Shown: positions 1-14,600, counted from the first letter of the stretch. The stretch is DNA of 64,000 bases from Balanoglossus misakiensis (GCA_040954595.2 CM082592.2:3426735-3490734), one strand, 5' to 3'. Numbers and translations: made by a program. The notes: a model not told the origin generated them from the sequence alone.

Positions 1-27
1 CTGTAGAAGCAAAGTTGTAACTGCGTT

Positions 28-193
28 TGTATGTATGTATGTATGTATGTATGTATGTATGTATGTATGTATGTATGTATGTATGTATGTATGTATGTAT
101 GTATGTATGTATGTATGTATGTATGTATGTATGTATGTATGTATGTATGTATGTATGTATGTATGTATGTATGTATGTATGTATGTATGTATG

Positions 194-227
<34 letters not shown>

Positions 228-357
228 TGTATGTATGTATGTATGTATGTATGTATGTATGTATGTATGTATGTATGTATGTATGTATGTATGTATGTAT
301 GTATGTATGTATGTATGTGTGTGTGTGTATCTGTCTGTCTGTGTCGGTGTCTGTCTG

Positions 358-388
<31 letters not shown>
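28..388. repeat. (TATG)n microsatellite grading into (TG)n/(TCTG)n
   Basis: Directly visible tetranucleotide array; it explains the MYVC-repeat ORFs at 27-429. Confidence 0.98.
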
Positions 389-1249
389 ATATGTACTACA
401 CTGTAGACGTTTTCTTGTGTAATCCCTAAATGGGACCGCAGTGTCCTTGACGCGATTTTAAATAATGCTTGTTTTCCATACGTTCTTATTTAAGAAAATT
501 GGTAAGATCATCCAGCAGAAACGAATTTCTTATATGTCTTTATCTTTACAAAGTCTAAAAAGTTTACTAAAACAACAATAGTCGGTCATGCACGATAAAC
601 TCATTGTAAAAAGGGTTTCATATTTGTAAGTTGATCTCAACTGAATATACCAATATAAGTGGGAATATACAAATCTTAGCACAGAGCAGATTATATTTTA
701 CACATACCGAGTATACGACAAAATTGAAATCAGAAATTTCCATCAGATGTGGTGCGAGGTCAACACTTGTTTTCCCACAGTCAAGGTACTATGAAGCGGG
801 AACTGTGCACACCTTTGGGAAATTTTCGTCAATGAACTCGTCTCATTGGCGAAAACTGACTTCACAGTTATAACCTTTTTATCTGATTAAATGTGGAAAG
901 ATAGAAATTATCACAGAGAAAGATAAAGTACATTGCAAAACTTTTCTTTTCTTTCTTTAATTTCTTTCTCTTTTTGTGTGTCCAAAAAAGCGACACGTAC
1001 ATGTGGGTGTATATACTTCGCAGATACTGGGCCTAAACCTAAATTGCAGTCCGAAACATTCAAAAGACGGCCCTTCACACAAGTGGGGACGTTTTGAAAC
1101 TTTAGATAAAACGGATCTGTGCACGTAATTTGCAGGGGTGATACGGTTATGGCGGTGGGCGAGGTTGCCTTATTCCATCGCAAGCGTCGTCAATATTTGC
1201 TGCGGCCGATCCCGTGCTGTTATTGGCGGGATTATTGGCAATTACCACG

Positions 1250-4200
1250 CTACTCTACAACTACAATGGAATCCTTGTCGGAACTCGCGAGATTCTTCAT
1301 CATCACGTTGTCGCTTCCTTTCGGCTTGGGACGGTTCGGTCTAAGTGGGACGTTTTCATATCCACTGCCTCTTTCTGTTTCGGGTGTATTTTCGCCGCTT
1401 CTTGGATCGGGTGACAAAGGGTTGGTTATTTTAGCTACCAGATCGGCGATTGGTTTCAACGGGGAAACTGGCCGTGAATAGCCCGCGGCTGTATGAGACA
1501 CCGCCAGCGTAGAGTCGCCACCCGCTGCGTCAGATAAGCGGTGCGCGGGTGCTGAAGGGGTGCTCGCAGGAGGCGCTGCAGGTACCCCAGGCTGCTCCTC
1601 CTCACAAAGGTTGTTCTGCGCGTCGACGTGTTCGCGTTCGCTTCTGAAAAGAGCATCACCAGATTTCATGGATTTGTTGCACCCTATGATCTCGAAGATT
1701 TTCCTGCAAAGAATATTAAGCATTTAATATCCGATTATTCAGCCATTCTATATAACGTTCACTCGCGTTTCTTGTCAAGAACGTTTCGGTCGTCGACTGA
1801 CGTATGGAAAATATCAATACATCAACGTAAAATACAATACAATACAATACAATACAATACAATACAATACAATACAATACAATACAATACAATACAATAC
1901 AATACAATACAATACAATACAATACAATACAATACAATACAATACAATACAATACAATACAATACAAAACAAAACAATACAATGCAATGCAATACAATAC
2001 AATACAATACAATACAATACAATACAATACAATACAATACAATACAATACAATACAACTTTACATCGGTTAATTTCAAAGCAAAATCATACAATTCGTAC
2101 CTTCTAAAGATGAAGCCAATGACCGCAAGTATCGCTATGACCAAGGCAACCATAACCACGGACACTGCAATAGCAGTAGCTGATCCTGAAAGAAATAAGA
2201 AAACAGTGGCATTTTAATTATTTTATGTCTCGTTGATTACCATGAACTCGGCCTTGTTAAAAAGAAGTCTGGTAATTTTATTCTATTCTAAAACTCATAC
2301 CCCACTTTTCAAAGAATGAACAACATATTCCTACCTCCGCCTCCTGTCCTCGGATCAGTATCGGTCTTTTCCAATTCGCACGTGACACCCTGCCAGTTTG
2401 GAAGACACGTGCAGTTGAAGCCGTTGTTTGTGTCTGTGCAGTTTCCGTCATTCTGACAAGGTCCAGAGAAACAGCGCGACACAGCTGTACCATAAGATAT
2501 TGATGAGAAATACATTGTGGTCAATTTTGAGCGCAGGTATTGGCCTACTTGTATGAACACTTGAAGTTTAAGCGGAAGGAAAGTGATACAATGGACCAAT
2601 TTTACATATTGTGCCACACAAAAAAACGTTATGGATATAATTTTCTTCTGAAAAGAAAATTACAAACGGTCGCCATTCAAGCGTAATAACGTTGCCTGGT
2701 AGATCTGACTGGCACCTTGTATAAACAACAACGAAATGATTGCAAAGAGGTCAAACTTGGTTGCAATGTCCACCGTAGCTCCAGCCAACCAACTCAAGTT
2801 TTAAAGTATACTGTTAATTTTAGTGCAATCTTTGAGAAATGGTGATAATAGATAGAAGTTAATAAATACGACAGAGATCCTGGCTGTTTATAGCCCATTC
2901 TCCAAGTTCGGTACACGTAACAGGTTCCTCTGTAGCTCTTCGGTATCCAGGATTGCAGGTGAAATCACAGGCATGGTCATTTCTGTTATCACAGTTGTCC
3001 ATCAGCTGACCATTTGATATTGTTAGGGGGCAGCGTGACACTGTTGTAGTGTGACGAAAACCAAGAAAGCATGTGTCATGCTACGTACTTTGATTTCTCC
3101 GTATTTATTGATGTTTTGTGTGTTTGTCATTGTAAATGATAACTATACTACATTGTATGTATGCACCACGTGAGATTTTCATCCTCGATCCAACCGCTAT
3201 TGACATTTAGAGACAAAAAATGACTCTACTGCGTTAGACAAGTGGTCATGTACGTCCACATGTTGAATTAAGCCCTATAGTTTTTGTGCGTGTGCAAGAA
3301 TATGCTTCAAAGCTGACAAGCGTGGAATGACAACTTATACACGTGACAGATGAAACGAAGTGCCTAAAAATTGTACGCATAAGATTTAAATTCAAAAGTG
3401 TATATAAATAACTGTTTGAATTAAAATCATGAATTATTTGCAAAATTGAAGCTCTGGTATAGCAAAAGACTGTGGTGGGTGATACCTGTTGTACAGCTCG
3501 GCTGGGAACAGACACACTCGGCTCCGTATCTTGTATTGATGCAGATTTCGTCGCAGTTGCCATTAGAAACGTCACAGGGACCTTCGAAAAAGAGATTGAA
3601 TGCAGTAGGTGGTGCGGAGACAGTTATGTTAGTTTACAAGGAGTCACGTTTAGTGAGTTTTAAACTCTAACTCGCTGGTTAACGCTCCATTAGCCATGGT
3701 TGTATTTTGGCTGTGTTATTCTTGTGTATCAAATAAATATTCTTGTTCCACTCTGTGTAACATGATGATTGCCCGGTATATGCAAGAATTGATCGGTAAG
3801 TTTATTTGTTTTTAGCAACACGGCCATTTTGTAGTCATCAGCATTTTACTGTCGAACATTGAATTGCAATTCTTTTTCTACGAATGTGTGCAGTTTTTGT
3901 TCCGGAGGTCCTTTTATCTTTCGAAAATATTTTTAAAAAAAACATACCTTGGCCGAGAGGTTGTAAACTCTCATGGAAGAATTTCATCGCTGTAATTTGG
4001 CTGGGGAACGTCAATGTGCTTACCAGACTTTTGTTTGGAATTTCAAACACCCTTACTATGTCGCCAACCTCTGAGGCAAACAGCAGATCCTGGAAGAAAA
4101 TGCAGGTATATGATCAACAGGAACTACCATGAACAAATCAAATATAGCATACCGATAGCAATGTCTAATATATTTGCATTGTTTACAAGAAGGCAATCGT

Positions 4201-7200
4201 CTCGAACATTCGAGGGTAGGGAACTAGAGACCGCCCTCATAGGCGTGGAAAGGACAGTAATAATGTTCAATGAATCTGCACAGTCACGTGACAAAAGGAC
4301 AAACGTAAGTTATTAAGTGAAGAAAACTGATAAAATAATAAACCTGTATTTTATCAGAAAAAAACTGGGTCACTTTATAGCAAGAATGTCAGCACACAAA
4401 ACCATTTAGCGTGACCTGTATAAATATGATGCAGTCACCAAGCTAAGTTGTTACTGAATTATGTTCGACCTACACCCACAAGCCTCGAGTTCTAGCAAAG
4501 AAAGCCAATTTGTAATTATAACTGTCATTTAAAACCAACCCGATCTCACAACCAACGAGATAAACAGATACATGCCAGCTCACCTGAAATATTGCCAGAC
4601 CTGTAAAGCGAAAAACTGGCTCATCAGACAAACCGGTGTAATTGTAAAATAGTTCCCGATTCTTGCCGTCAAGATCCATCGATTCAATAACACCAGTTCC
4701 GCCATCAGCCCAGTAGATCCTGTCAGTGAAAACACCAGATACAACTATTGATGTTCATTGTCATAGTTTGCAAAAGAGTGATTTTGAAATCGAACCATGC
4801 AGCTGCTCACTTCTTGCGCAACAATGAAAAGAGTAAAGTTTTAACAAAATGAAAAGAGTATCGCATAAAACAACACAAGTTTGGCACATGCAAATAAAAT
4901 AACTTCAAACCTGTCATTCTGCAAGTCAATCGTCAGATGTGTTGGTGACACTATACCATCATCCACAAGAACACGTCGGTCCCTTCTCCCTGAGAGATCG
5001 GCTCGTTCAATTTTCGGGTCAGGTCCTGTATCGGTCCAGAAAAGATACCTGGGAAATAGGAACACGGCAAAATAATGCAACGTTAATCACACGCTGTAAT
5101 TTCGAAGACAGAAAGAGTACAACTGAACGAAAACTCTAGGGCTTTGAGTAAGTCACAGTGCACGTGCATATTCTATGGTCCTAGCTTTTTACTAATTGTG
5201 CACACGATTGGAAATCAGCTTTGGAATTGAAAAAAATAAATGATACATACGTTTTTGTTCAATACTCAAATAGCACTGCAGGGAAATTGCAGATACTTCT
5301 CAACAGATCAACGAAAAAGTACACAACACAAAACTATTTCTGAGGTTATCTCAGTTTATCATGATTTAGTAACACATTAATAATACAACACATTTTCTTA
5401 CTGCTTTGGTGCATGGACGACGATAGCCGAGGGTTGATGGAGTTGGCCAGTAACCAAAGTCGTAAGGTAATGACCATTGAAAGAAGAAATCTCAATTGCA
5501 GAACTATCGGCATTGGTGATATACAGATTGGATGCAATCCAGTCCACAGCAATACCTAAAACACGAGATTTGAATCGATTGTTTTGGTTCTGTGTGTTTT
5601 TGATCATGTGCAAGCCTACTTTGACAATTATAGCTGTTCATAATTACAATATAAAGTACGTATACAGTCTGAGTGACAGTCACCTCCAATTTACATACGC
5701 CCATATTTGGCTGAAATGGCGTATTTGAGCGTTCTAAAGAACATATGGTGGCGCTTTTTTTTCGCGTGTGCTACCCACTGAAAATCTGCGATTGGCTAGA
5801 TCTCAATTTGCCATGGTGACTGTAGCTAAATTTGCATAGGTGACCGTGTACTTTTATGCAAGTTTGACGGGTTTCTTAGCTCTCTTTTAGTATTTGTGTA
5901 CATACATGTACCAGTGGTCTTATGGGATCGCCTGCCTGCCTGCCTGGCAGCCTGTCTGCTAACATGTCTTCTTGGATACATGCATACATACATGTATACA
6001 TACATACTGACAGACCGCCAATGAGCGACCTGTCATTAATCTGTGATACTCACCTCGTACATCCGATGATGGCACAGACCTAATAGTTTCCCAGTATTGA
6101 TCTGCTTGTAACCTTACTCTTCTTATCTCCGCCATGCCAACGGACTGCTTGATCACAAAAACATACAATCCGTAGACGTCGACGTCCAAATGGTCCATGT
6201 CGACATCAGATAAGCAACGATAAACTGGTTGCGGGTGGTAGGCAACAGTGGGAGCAAAAACACACAGACTGGTGGCACCTCCGATTTCCTCCAAAGAGAA
6301 TATCATCTCGTGGTCATTAAGTAGGGTGCCATCTGAAAGGAAGTATAATCAAACCCTTGTAGATAGACAAGATGGCAGTAGCAATTTTCGGCGAAGGCAC
6401 TGTGAGACAGTCGGCTCAAGACTTGGTTGACTTCATAATCATCAAGCTTCAGAGTGAGAGAGCACATGGTACTTTGACGTGGTGTAACAATATACATGTA
6501 CCTTCTTCACATGTCTGGTTGTCTGTCTGTAACTGGTGTCCATAGGTACATACACATCTGTAGCCTGCAGGATCACTGACACATATCTGATTACAACCCG
6601 CACTCTCACATGGAGCTGAAGATACGTTATAAAAGAAATGTGATCAAAAGAAAGCCAAGACGAGCGCATGCATACATACATACATACATACATACATACA
6701 TACATACATACATACATACATACATACATACATACATACATACATACATACATACATACATACATACATACATACATACATACATACATACATACATACA
6801 TACATACATACATACATACATACATACATACATACATACATACATACATACATACATACATACATACATACATACATACATACATACATACATACATACA
6901 TACATACATACATACATACATACATACATACATACATACATACATACGTACATACATACGTACATACATACGTACATACATACATACATACATATATACA
7001 TGCATGCATGCATGCATGCATGCATACACACACACACAAACACACACACACACACACACACAAACAGACACACAGACAGACAGACGGTCAAGATCATTGA
7101 ATAGCTTTGTGCTACACTTACCGTACTGACTCGGTTGATTTGTATTGGAATAATATGTCACTCCGTCAGGAATGAACTCTAGTAGGTTTAACGAGCGCGT

Positions 7201-7757
7201 TGCTTCTGTTGTATCCTTGGATACAATATGTATCTGATTTCCTCCTATATCCGTAACGAAAAATCCAAAATCCTTGCCAAGGACATACACGCACAAACAA
7301 AACAAAACAAAACAAAACAAAACAAACAACAGTCGTTAGAATATATAAGAAGTTATCTCAATTTCTTGAGAGCCCAGAATAGCAATGTAGAAATAATTCT
7401 TACCGGATCCACAGCCAACGAAAGCAAGTTTCCACTTGTGACTACCTGTTTTATTATGAATGGTACCGCATTTTCATCATTTAAGTCAAGGCTCTTGATG
7501 GAACTTTTTAGACTGTCAACCCAGTACAATCTACCAAAATGAACCAACAAGTATGTTTCAACCGATAATAGTCCATAATTAGCCCTCTTAACCAGGATGG
7601 ATTTAGAATGATTGGAAAGGCCCGGTTTAAATACTCCTCCTCCTCCTCCTCCTCCTCCTCCTCCTCCTCCTCCTCCTCCTCCTCCTCCTCCTCCTCCTCC
7701 TCCTCATCATCATCATCATCATCATCATCATAATCATCGTCATCATCATCGTCATCG

Positions 7758-7835
<78 letters not shown>

Positions 7836-10330
7836 ACCCTGTCAAATAAGTATCGTTACAGGAGAACGTACGTGTTATCACCGTGATCTATAGCCAGGGA
7901 GATCGGTCTACCAATGACGTCAGCAGTATGCGAGTTCTCATCTAATAGAAGAGTTCGCTCTTCACCAGCCAAGGTTGACCTTTCAATCTTGTTCATTCTT
8001 CCGATATCACTCCAGTATAAATATCTAAACGTAGGTAAACAGAGTAAAATACATTCATGCATATAGGTAGATGTAAGTATGGATGTAATGTATATGTGTG
8101 TGATGCACACGTACAATACCTACCCAGTCAAGGGATTGCAGGCGATGCCCGAAGGATGATCCAAGTCCGTTGTGATCAGAGATCGATAATGAGAGCCGTT
8201 CACATTGGAGACTTTAATCCAGTGATAGACAGCATCGGTCCAGTAGGTGTTATTGGCCAGCCAGTCCACTGTGAGGCCATTAACGTTAGTAGACGTACCG
8301 CTGTATATAACCCACTCATCTGGGGCAGATTCGTCCAGAGAAATTCCCATGATTGCTTTTGAGGCAGTGTCACTGAAGGCTAGTCGCGAATCTTCATAAT
8401 CGAAAGAAAGAACCGTGAATTTTGTGGAAGCACCCTGTTTAACAGCATATGCTGTTATTTGAGAAGTCTCTTCATAAACCTGTCGGCCTGAGCCATTTAT
8501 GTGAAATAGGCCTGCCACGAGATCAGTATGGTCCGTGAATATAATACGTGGGTGCGGTAAGTCTTCATCGATACTGGCAGCCCCTGTGCCTATTGATAAA
8601 TAAAAAAAAGACAGATGACATCGATGTGAACATGGTCAAACGCTCAGTTGACTTTGGACATGTTGGATTGTTATCATATACATCGTAACACCACACCACA
8701 CCACACCACACCACACCACACCACACAACACCACACCACACCACACTACAGTATGGCAGTCTTATCCAGTTTGCGGGTATGAGGTTATTGTAGCGCGGGG
8801 GGGGGGGTGCTCCTATCGAATGACCTCCGTAACCGCAAGGTCCGGACAAGGTCCGTAGGAGAAACTACTGTACGCTTCAATAATTTCAGCTATCTCGAAG
8901 TGGGCCAGTACCAGCCCATGCAGCATTTGTACTAATAAAATATTACTTTTCTTACATGACCCTTGACCTGATACAGGCATGCAACGATCGATTGGCAAAC
9001 AGCAAATGACATCATGATTGATGTCAAGGTAAATATGCGCCACAAAGCTTAAAAACGCCCTTGACAGAACAGCATTCTTTAAAAGTTGTTGGGCAGTTTT
9101 ACCCAGCTGTTCGTGGTTGCCTGCGCTTTCGATATAGTTGCGTGTTGTTCGGTTGCCTTCGGTCACTCTACGGTGTCCGAAAATGCATTTAACGTTGGGC
9201 GAGGATGTCTATACATGTGAAGCGTATTCCCAATCGTGCTTGTCATGTCACGTCATGTAAATTTTCGCTCTGACAGCTACGCTTTATCTGGCTATCTTAT
9301 TTGTCTAACGGTATATAACACAACCGATAGCGTTTTATTCGGCAAATACCGACAAATCAGCTTTATCTAGTTTTTTTATCCTGTGGATGTCTGTACGTGT
9401 ACACTCGTCTATTTAGAACGATATTTTGAGCATTTAGCTTTTGTTCATGATCGTGTAAGTTATCTAGTATGTTTTATAATTTCGCCAAAAGCAACTCATT
9501 CTTGTGGAATTTACAAGGACAGAATTCAGTAATTATATGGCCAGCATTAAATGCGCCTGACCCATTCTCACGGAGATTTTCGATATTTGCCTCACAGAAC
9601 TTCAGTCGATCAGCAGGTAAGCTCTCGATAACCAACTACCACGGCGCATGTGCACAGTCAAGACGTAGACGGAACCAAATACTTAAAAATAATCGCTGAC
9701 TCACTTAAGGAAATAAATGTGAAAAACTGATTAATTTCACCATTTTCACATAAATTAGATTCATATTAATATTTTCATGGTCAAATTTGATGGTGCACTT
9801 GCTTGACTTGTTGTGTAGAATGTTTCCCGGGTTGTATTTAGGTCAAGAAAAAGAGGATTCGCGCTGTATTTAAAAATTCAAGTAAACTTCCGCAATCATT
9901 CTATTACATAAAATTCCAAGTTAAATTTGATAGACTTGAATCAAACATAAATGATGTTTTGGCAGTTCAATTCACATGATGCTAAAAAGACTTTTTCAAA
10001 GAATGGTCGCAAGTAACACATCTCAGTTATTAAATGGTAGAATAACTACAGAGAACCGCCCCTTGCATGTTATCTAAATGTAATGTGGAATGTGAATAGA
10101 ACGAAACCAAAATTGGCAAACGTAGAAGTGGCGATTCACCAAACCACAGCGGACAACGGTGAAAAACAGTCGTCACACAATATTACCAACAATGTAGCAA
10201 TGCAGCTAGAATTTTAAGATTTGATACTGAAGCATGTTTTCTTACCTACGAATGCTGCATGGAGGAGGCTCAAGGGAGCTAACAGAACAATGAAGACTTT
10301 CAGACGATTAAAATAGGCATCTGATGCCAT
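1250..10330 (-). CDS. LRP/proEGF/cueball-like type I membrane protein: signal peptide, YWTD propeller, EGF, YWTD propeller, EGF, Sushi/CCP, EGF, TM, ~150-aa cytoplasmic tail (~966 aa)
   Basis: 16 phase-consistent GT-AG exons: 10246-10330 (MASDAYFNRLKVFIVLLAPLSLLHAAFV), 8124-8589, 7872-8024, 7404-7530, 7122-7272, 6502-6615, 6054-6332, 5402-5555, 4911-5048, 4584-4719, 3948-4089, 3486-3581, 2870-3040, 2335-2484, 2101-2185, 1250-1703. Total 2901 nt. YWTD-type motifs: YWTD, YWSD, YWVD, FWTD, YWAD. EGF CFSGPCQNDGNCTDTNNGFNCTCLPNWQGVTC; Sushi CPLTISNG..CDFTCNPGY..W; TM AVSVVMVALVIAILAVIGFIF followed by RRK. Confidence 0.9.
1831..2056. repeat. (AATAC)n pentanucleotide microsatellite (intronic)
   Basis: Directly visible; gives the IQYNT/YCIVL pseudo-ORFs. 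Confidence 0.98.
5676..5855 (+). mobile_element. Non-autonomous DNA transposon (MITE family A, TTAA-AGG termini), degenerate left end
   Basis: ACAGTCACCT...AGGTGACCGTGT termini; homologous to the copies at 27993-28170 and 59782-59975 (the latter inverted). Confidence 0.75.
6671..7085. repeat. (CATA)n microsatellite followed by (CATG)n/(CA)n/(CAGA)n (intronic)
   Basis: Directly visible. Confidence 0.98.
7634..7835. repeat. Compound (CCT)n(CAT)n trinucleotide microsatellite (intronic)
   Basis: Lies inside intron 7531-7871 of the YWTD gene; it produces the poly-Pro/poly-His pseudo-ORF. Confidence 0.95.
8688..8745. repeat. (CACCA)n microsatellite
   Basis: Directly visible. Confidence 0.9.
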
Positions 10331-11630
10331 TTCGTTTTGTGATCTGGTGTGGAGCGGACCGCTCTAAAGCTAGACCATCAGTGAAACTCCTAACTTGGTA
10401 AAATGATGAAGGTTAACGATATAGCCGTACACTTTCAACCAAGGTTGTGTCGGGTCTTAAAACTGCTGGTTCGGGGCGTGATTTGCTTTGCATAATGTCA
10501 TTTTTTTGAATACATAATAAAGTTAATCGATTATTATTCACAAGTCATTATTATTTATACGACACACGCGTCCAACACTTGCTTCTTTGCATATGTCATT
10601 TCGACTGTCACTCTACATGAACCTGCAGCGTGTATCCAACCTGCTGACTGCCATATAATCTATCGTCAACACAAAACAAAATACGTGACTGTCAAATTTC
10701 TGTTTACTCTTGACACTCTTCACGAAGATTGGGTTCTTTGCACGTTTGCTCCAGTGCCGAGGCCGTGTCTTGTGGTTACTTAGCTACGCTGTTTATGGCC
10801 ATAGCGTTATGTATACCTTACACAATACACTTGCTGAACTAGTCTTCAAGTAGCGAGTAGAGTAACCTGGTCGCCATGCCCATTGTATTTTAGATAGACT
10901 CACACACAAGTCTACCTAAAAACACACTGGGTAATGGAGACCAGGCTACGAGTAGAGTGGATTGACGCAGACAGCTGGTGGAGTTCTGATCCAAACTTGT
11001 ATGCACACGCCCAGTGAGCAGATGGAGCTGGCCAAAACTGATTGGCCTGCATGACCCAAATATTTTAATTTCTATTGTTTGCATTTAAGTTCATCAGACT
11101 ATACTAGGTCATCAACTTCACCTACCCCGGTAGTAGTAAATACAGGTGTATACATATCAATATGCGAATGAGACACAACCTATTTTTTTCCCACACAAAA
11201 AACTAATATCAACCGGTTATATTTTTCGTTAAAATCTGCACCTATATTAGTTTCATACAAAGCAACCTCGGTAATAGGCAAGTCTCGCGAGATCTCAGAA
11301 TGAACGGAAAATAATCTAGTATCTGGACTTGTCTGGGCAGTTATCTTATAATGGAAACTAAGAGAACGCATCTGACTCATTTCAATATTTTTTATGTGAA
11401 TCAAATATTAATCGGCTTGTTTCTGCTAACCGATGATGATGCGCATCCATACTTCTCTTAGCGGAATTTTCGAAAAGTTTGTCTTACAGTTATGTTGCAA
11501 GAAATTTTCCTTCAAGAATTTAGACAATTGCACAATATTTCATGTTTTACGTATATATCCTTGATTTTGGCAACAGTAAACGGAAACATCGTTACTGCCT
11601 CTGCAGCCGATACAGAGAACAGCGGCTTGT

Positions 11631-14600
11631 TCACATTTCAGTTGTCTGTGTTCCAACGTTAACGTAATTATCTCCTGACATGTCCATGGCCGGGTTTTCG
11701 ATGCCATTGCGCATCTCTTCACTGTCGTTCTGCTTTTCCTTTCCGGAATCTTCCCCTACGTCACCAGTCTTCTTTTCGTCGTCATCTTTTCTTTTTTCCA
11801 GCTTTGTTACCCTAGAAAGAAACAAATTTGTCCACATCACTTGACATAATTTACCTTTCAACACGCGCTCAACTTTGTGGAATACGCAAGAATACTTCTT
11901 CATGAGACTTTTGAAGAGATACCATTCGAAAACAAGAAATTAATTTTACGTTGATTGAGTCACTTTTGACTTCCCTTGGTCACAACACAAGTGCCTGCGA
12001 ATGATGATATGTGTGTTACCGCATCTGTATACAATGTACTATGTACTACGGCACGGTTCCATTCATATCACCATTCACAGGCACCTATGTTCCCTTGACC
12101 ACCTGAATACAGTGACACCTGTCATTTCGGACATATCTCTATTAAGAGACAAAAGTAACTATTTGAATCGAATATTACCGGTCTATTTAAGGGCACCTCT
12201 CTATTAAGGACAGATTTTCTGGTCCCAGGGGTGCCCTCAATATACAGGTTTCACTGTACGCCCATGCATGGTCACACTGTAACAGTGGTACTGATACGTT
12301 AATGGTTAATGGCAAAGCCGTAGCTCATCAGGTGTTGCACACTTTATACGAAATTAAGACAAACCCTCGAGCTACGGTATCATTCGCAGCTACTCAAGAC
12401 AAGCATCATGGCTAAAGAAATATATTACCAAAACTCACTGTCCAAGACGCTCTCCTTCTTCTATTGTCTCGGGAAGGTCTTTATTCCTCGTTTCTGGTAG
12501 AAGCAGCACCAACAGACCAGCGGTAATGGAAGTCGCTCCAAATACAACTACCGGTAAAGGTGGCCACAGTTTCCCAATGAGCAATATCTGCGGGGCCAGT
12601 ATCCCGCCCACACGCGCACACATCGAGCACAAGCCCATTCCTACGGTCCTGTCCAGAACATACACAGCATTTTATTGTCATGGGTTTATGGATAACAATA
12701 TACCAATACACTGTAAAGTTTCGAATAGTCTTCACATTGAACACACGTGACCCTTGCTAAGGATTGCAATTGAATTATTTGTAATTGCTTAATTTTTTTA
12801 GTTTTGAAGGCGGAGCTGATAAACAAGACATGTCATTGTGTAATACGTGTGCCCACGGAGAGGTTTCCCTGTGCAGTTGCCGCCACTAGATTTTGTCAAT
12901 AGGCTTATATTCCACGGGGACGCATCAGTATTGAGATTCATACATTCACTATCGCCAGGAATGAGGACAATATCATGTCATATTTCGTTTTTAACAATCG
13001 GGCAAAATTCTAAAAGAGGAGTACATATAATATGTAAATATTTACAAGATCTGCAAAAGTAGCAATGCAGACGAACCACTCAACTGACATTTGGTCGTGT
13101 ATTAAAATGAACCAAAGTGGGTGTGGAATTTCGAGAAGATATTTAAGCTGATGTTTTCGTTGCCGATCCCCGATATAAATGAACAATCTACCTTATTGGC
13201 GTTGGGTACATTTCAGCGGAAAAGACATACACAATCGCGAACGAGGCTGAGATACAGAACTTGCCAATCATCGCTAGAGTTATTCGAAGCCATTCAATGT
13301 CACCTTTCAAAAAACAAACAAAGATAGAGGCCAATTTAGTACGAATCAAAATGCATTTCATTGCTTGGTAAATCAAACACAGAATTTACACAATTAACTT
13401 AAAATAACTCGCAATTTAAAACAGGGATCTTCGACAGCGCGCGTGATGAATTTGTGAGGACTTCAAGGTATTTCATGATAATTTCCCAAATATTGCAGAT
13501 CATGGAGCTTTCAAGTATTTTTGAAATCAAAGAAGGAAACACACTGTCCGCCGTCTTGGTTTCATAAAATCATCAATTTCATTTTTCTTCATAGAAGTAA
13601 CACAGAGAATTTCAAAGTTTGACACAATTTGGCTGTGTCATCGAAGTTTTGTAATGTACCCCCACAATTTTTATTTTAAATTTTAAAAGAGAATAATCAA
13701 AGGTTGCCTGCTGTAGTTTAACAGTTTGATATTTGGAGGTATATACTGCCATCATACACGGCGGAACGAAGAGGGTGAGAGTGCAGGCCAACCCTGCGAC
13801 GACCATCGTACCACACATTGACCATCGCCGACCAAGTATTGTATTGGGTATGTACAAACTCATGATGTAGGCAGGAATTTCCACGGCGCCCGATATAAAC
13901 GCGTTGAGATAATCGCTGCCACCAAGGTTGGATGTGTTCAGCGACAGACCGTAGTACACTAGACTGTGTGTAGCCCTGCGGACGGAACAGATCATGGATA
14001 TGCATGGATATTAGTTGCAACATTTGGCTTTATTTTGAGTAATTTTGTTTTGTATACAAAATGCAATTTCATGTTCTACTTGAAACAGCATGCTGGTATA
14101 CCCAATACATGTACTCCACTTGTCAACGCAGTATGAAGGTGTGTAACGGTCATTGTTATTGTTGACAAATGAACACTATAAGAATGACTATACACACATG
14201 CTCGCGACAATACACCAAACTCCTCACCAGTTGAAGAATAAGTTGAAACTTCTCTTTCTCATTGATGGATACTTCATGATATCCAAGACACTCCCTTTCT
14301 TTTCTTGTACCTCTTCTACCTACAGAAAAAATACGTAGCTTTGTTGATGGCTTGCTGTAGCTTCCATCTGTCAAAGAGACTTATGAAATAAAATAATCTT
14401 TCTAGTACTATCATATTCTTTTGTTAACATAATTTCTAAACGCTCATTTGTCCTACTCGTTCCTGGTTCTCGGTCAGTTCCTTGTAGATTTTCTCGGGTA
14501 CGTGAACACCATTTCCTTTCTCAAACTTCCGAATAACTTTCTCGGCTCTCTCTGTCTTCCCCGTTGATAGAAGCCATCTTGGAGATTCTGGGATAATCCT

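Noticed and set aside
27-429. MYVC-repeat ORFs (also 6442-7329, 1628-2165 and 32751-33182)
   Set aside because: Translations of microsatellites that lack stop codons; only the parts overlapping real exons are coding.
7612-7893. Poly-Pro/poly-His and poly-Met/poly-Arg ORFs
   Set aside because: (CCT)n(CAT)n microsatellite inside an intron of the YWTD gene.
8813-9166. 117-aa ORF as a possible first exon of the YWTD gene
   Set aside because: No signal peptide or good donor; exon 10246-10330 supplies a signal peptide with a matching phase-1 GTAAG donor.
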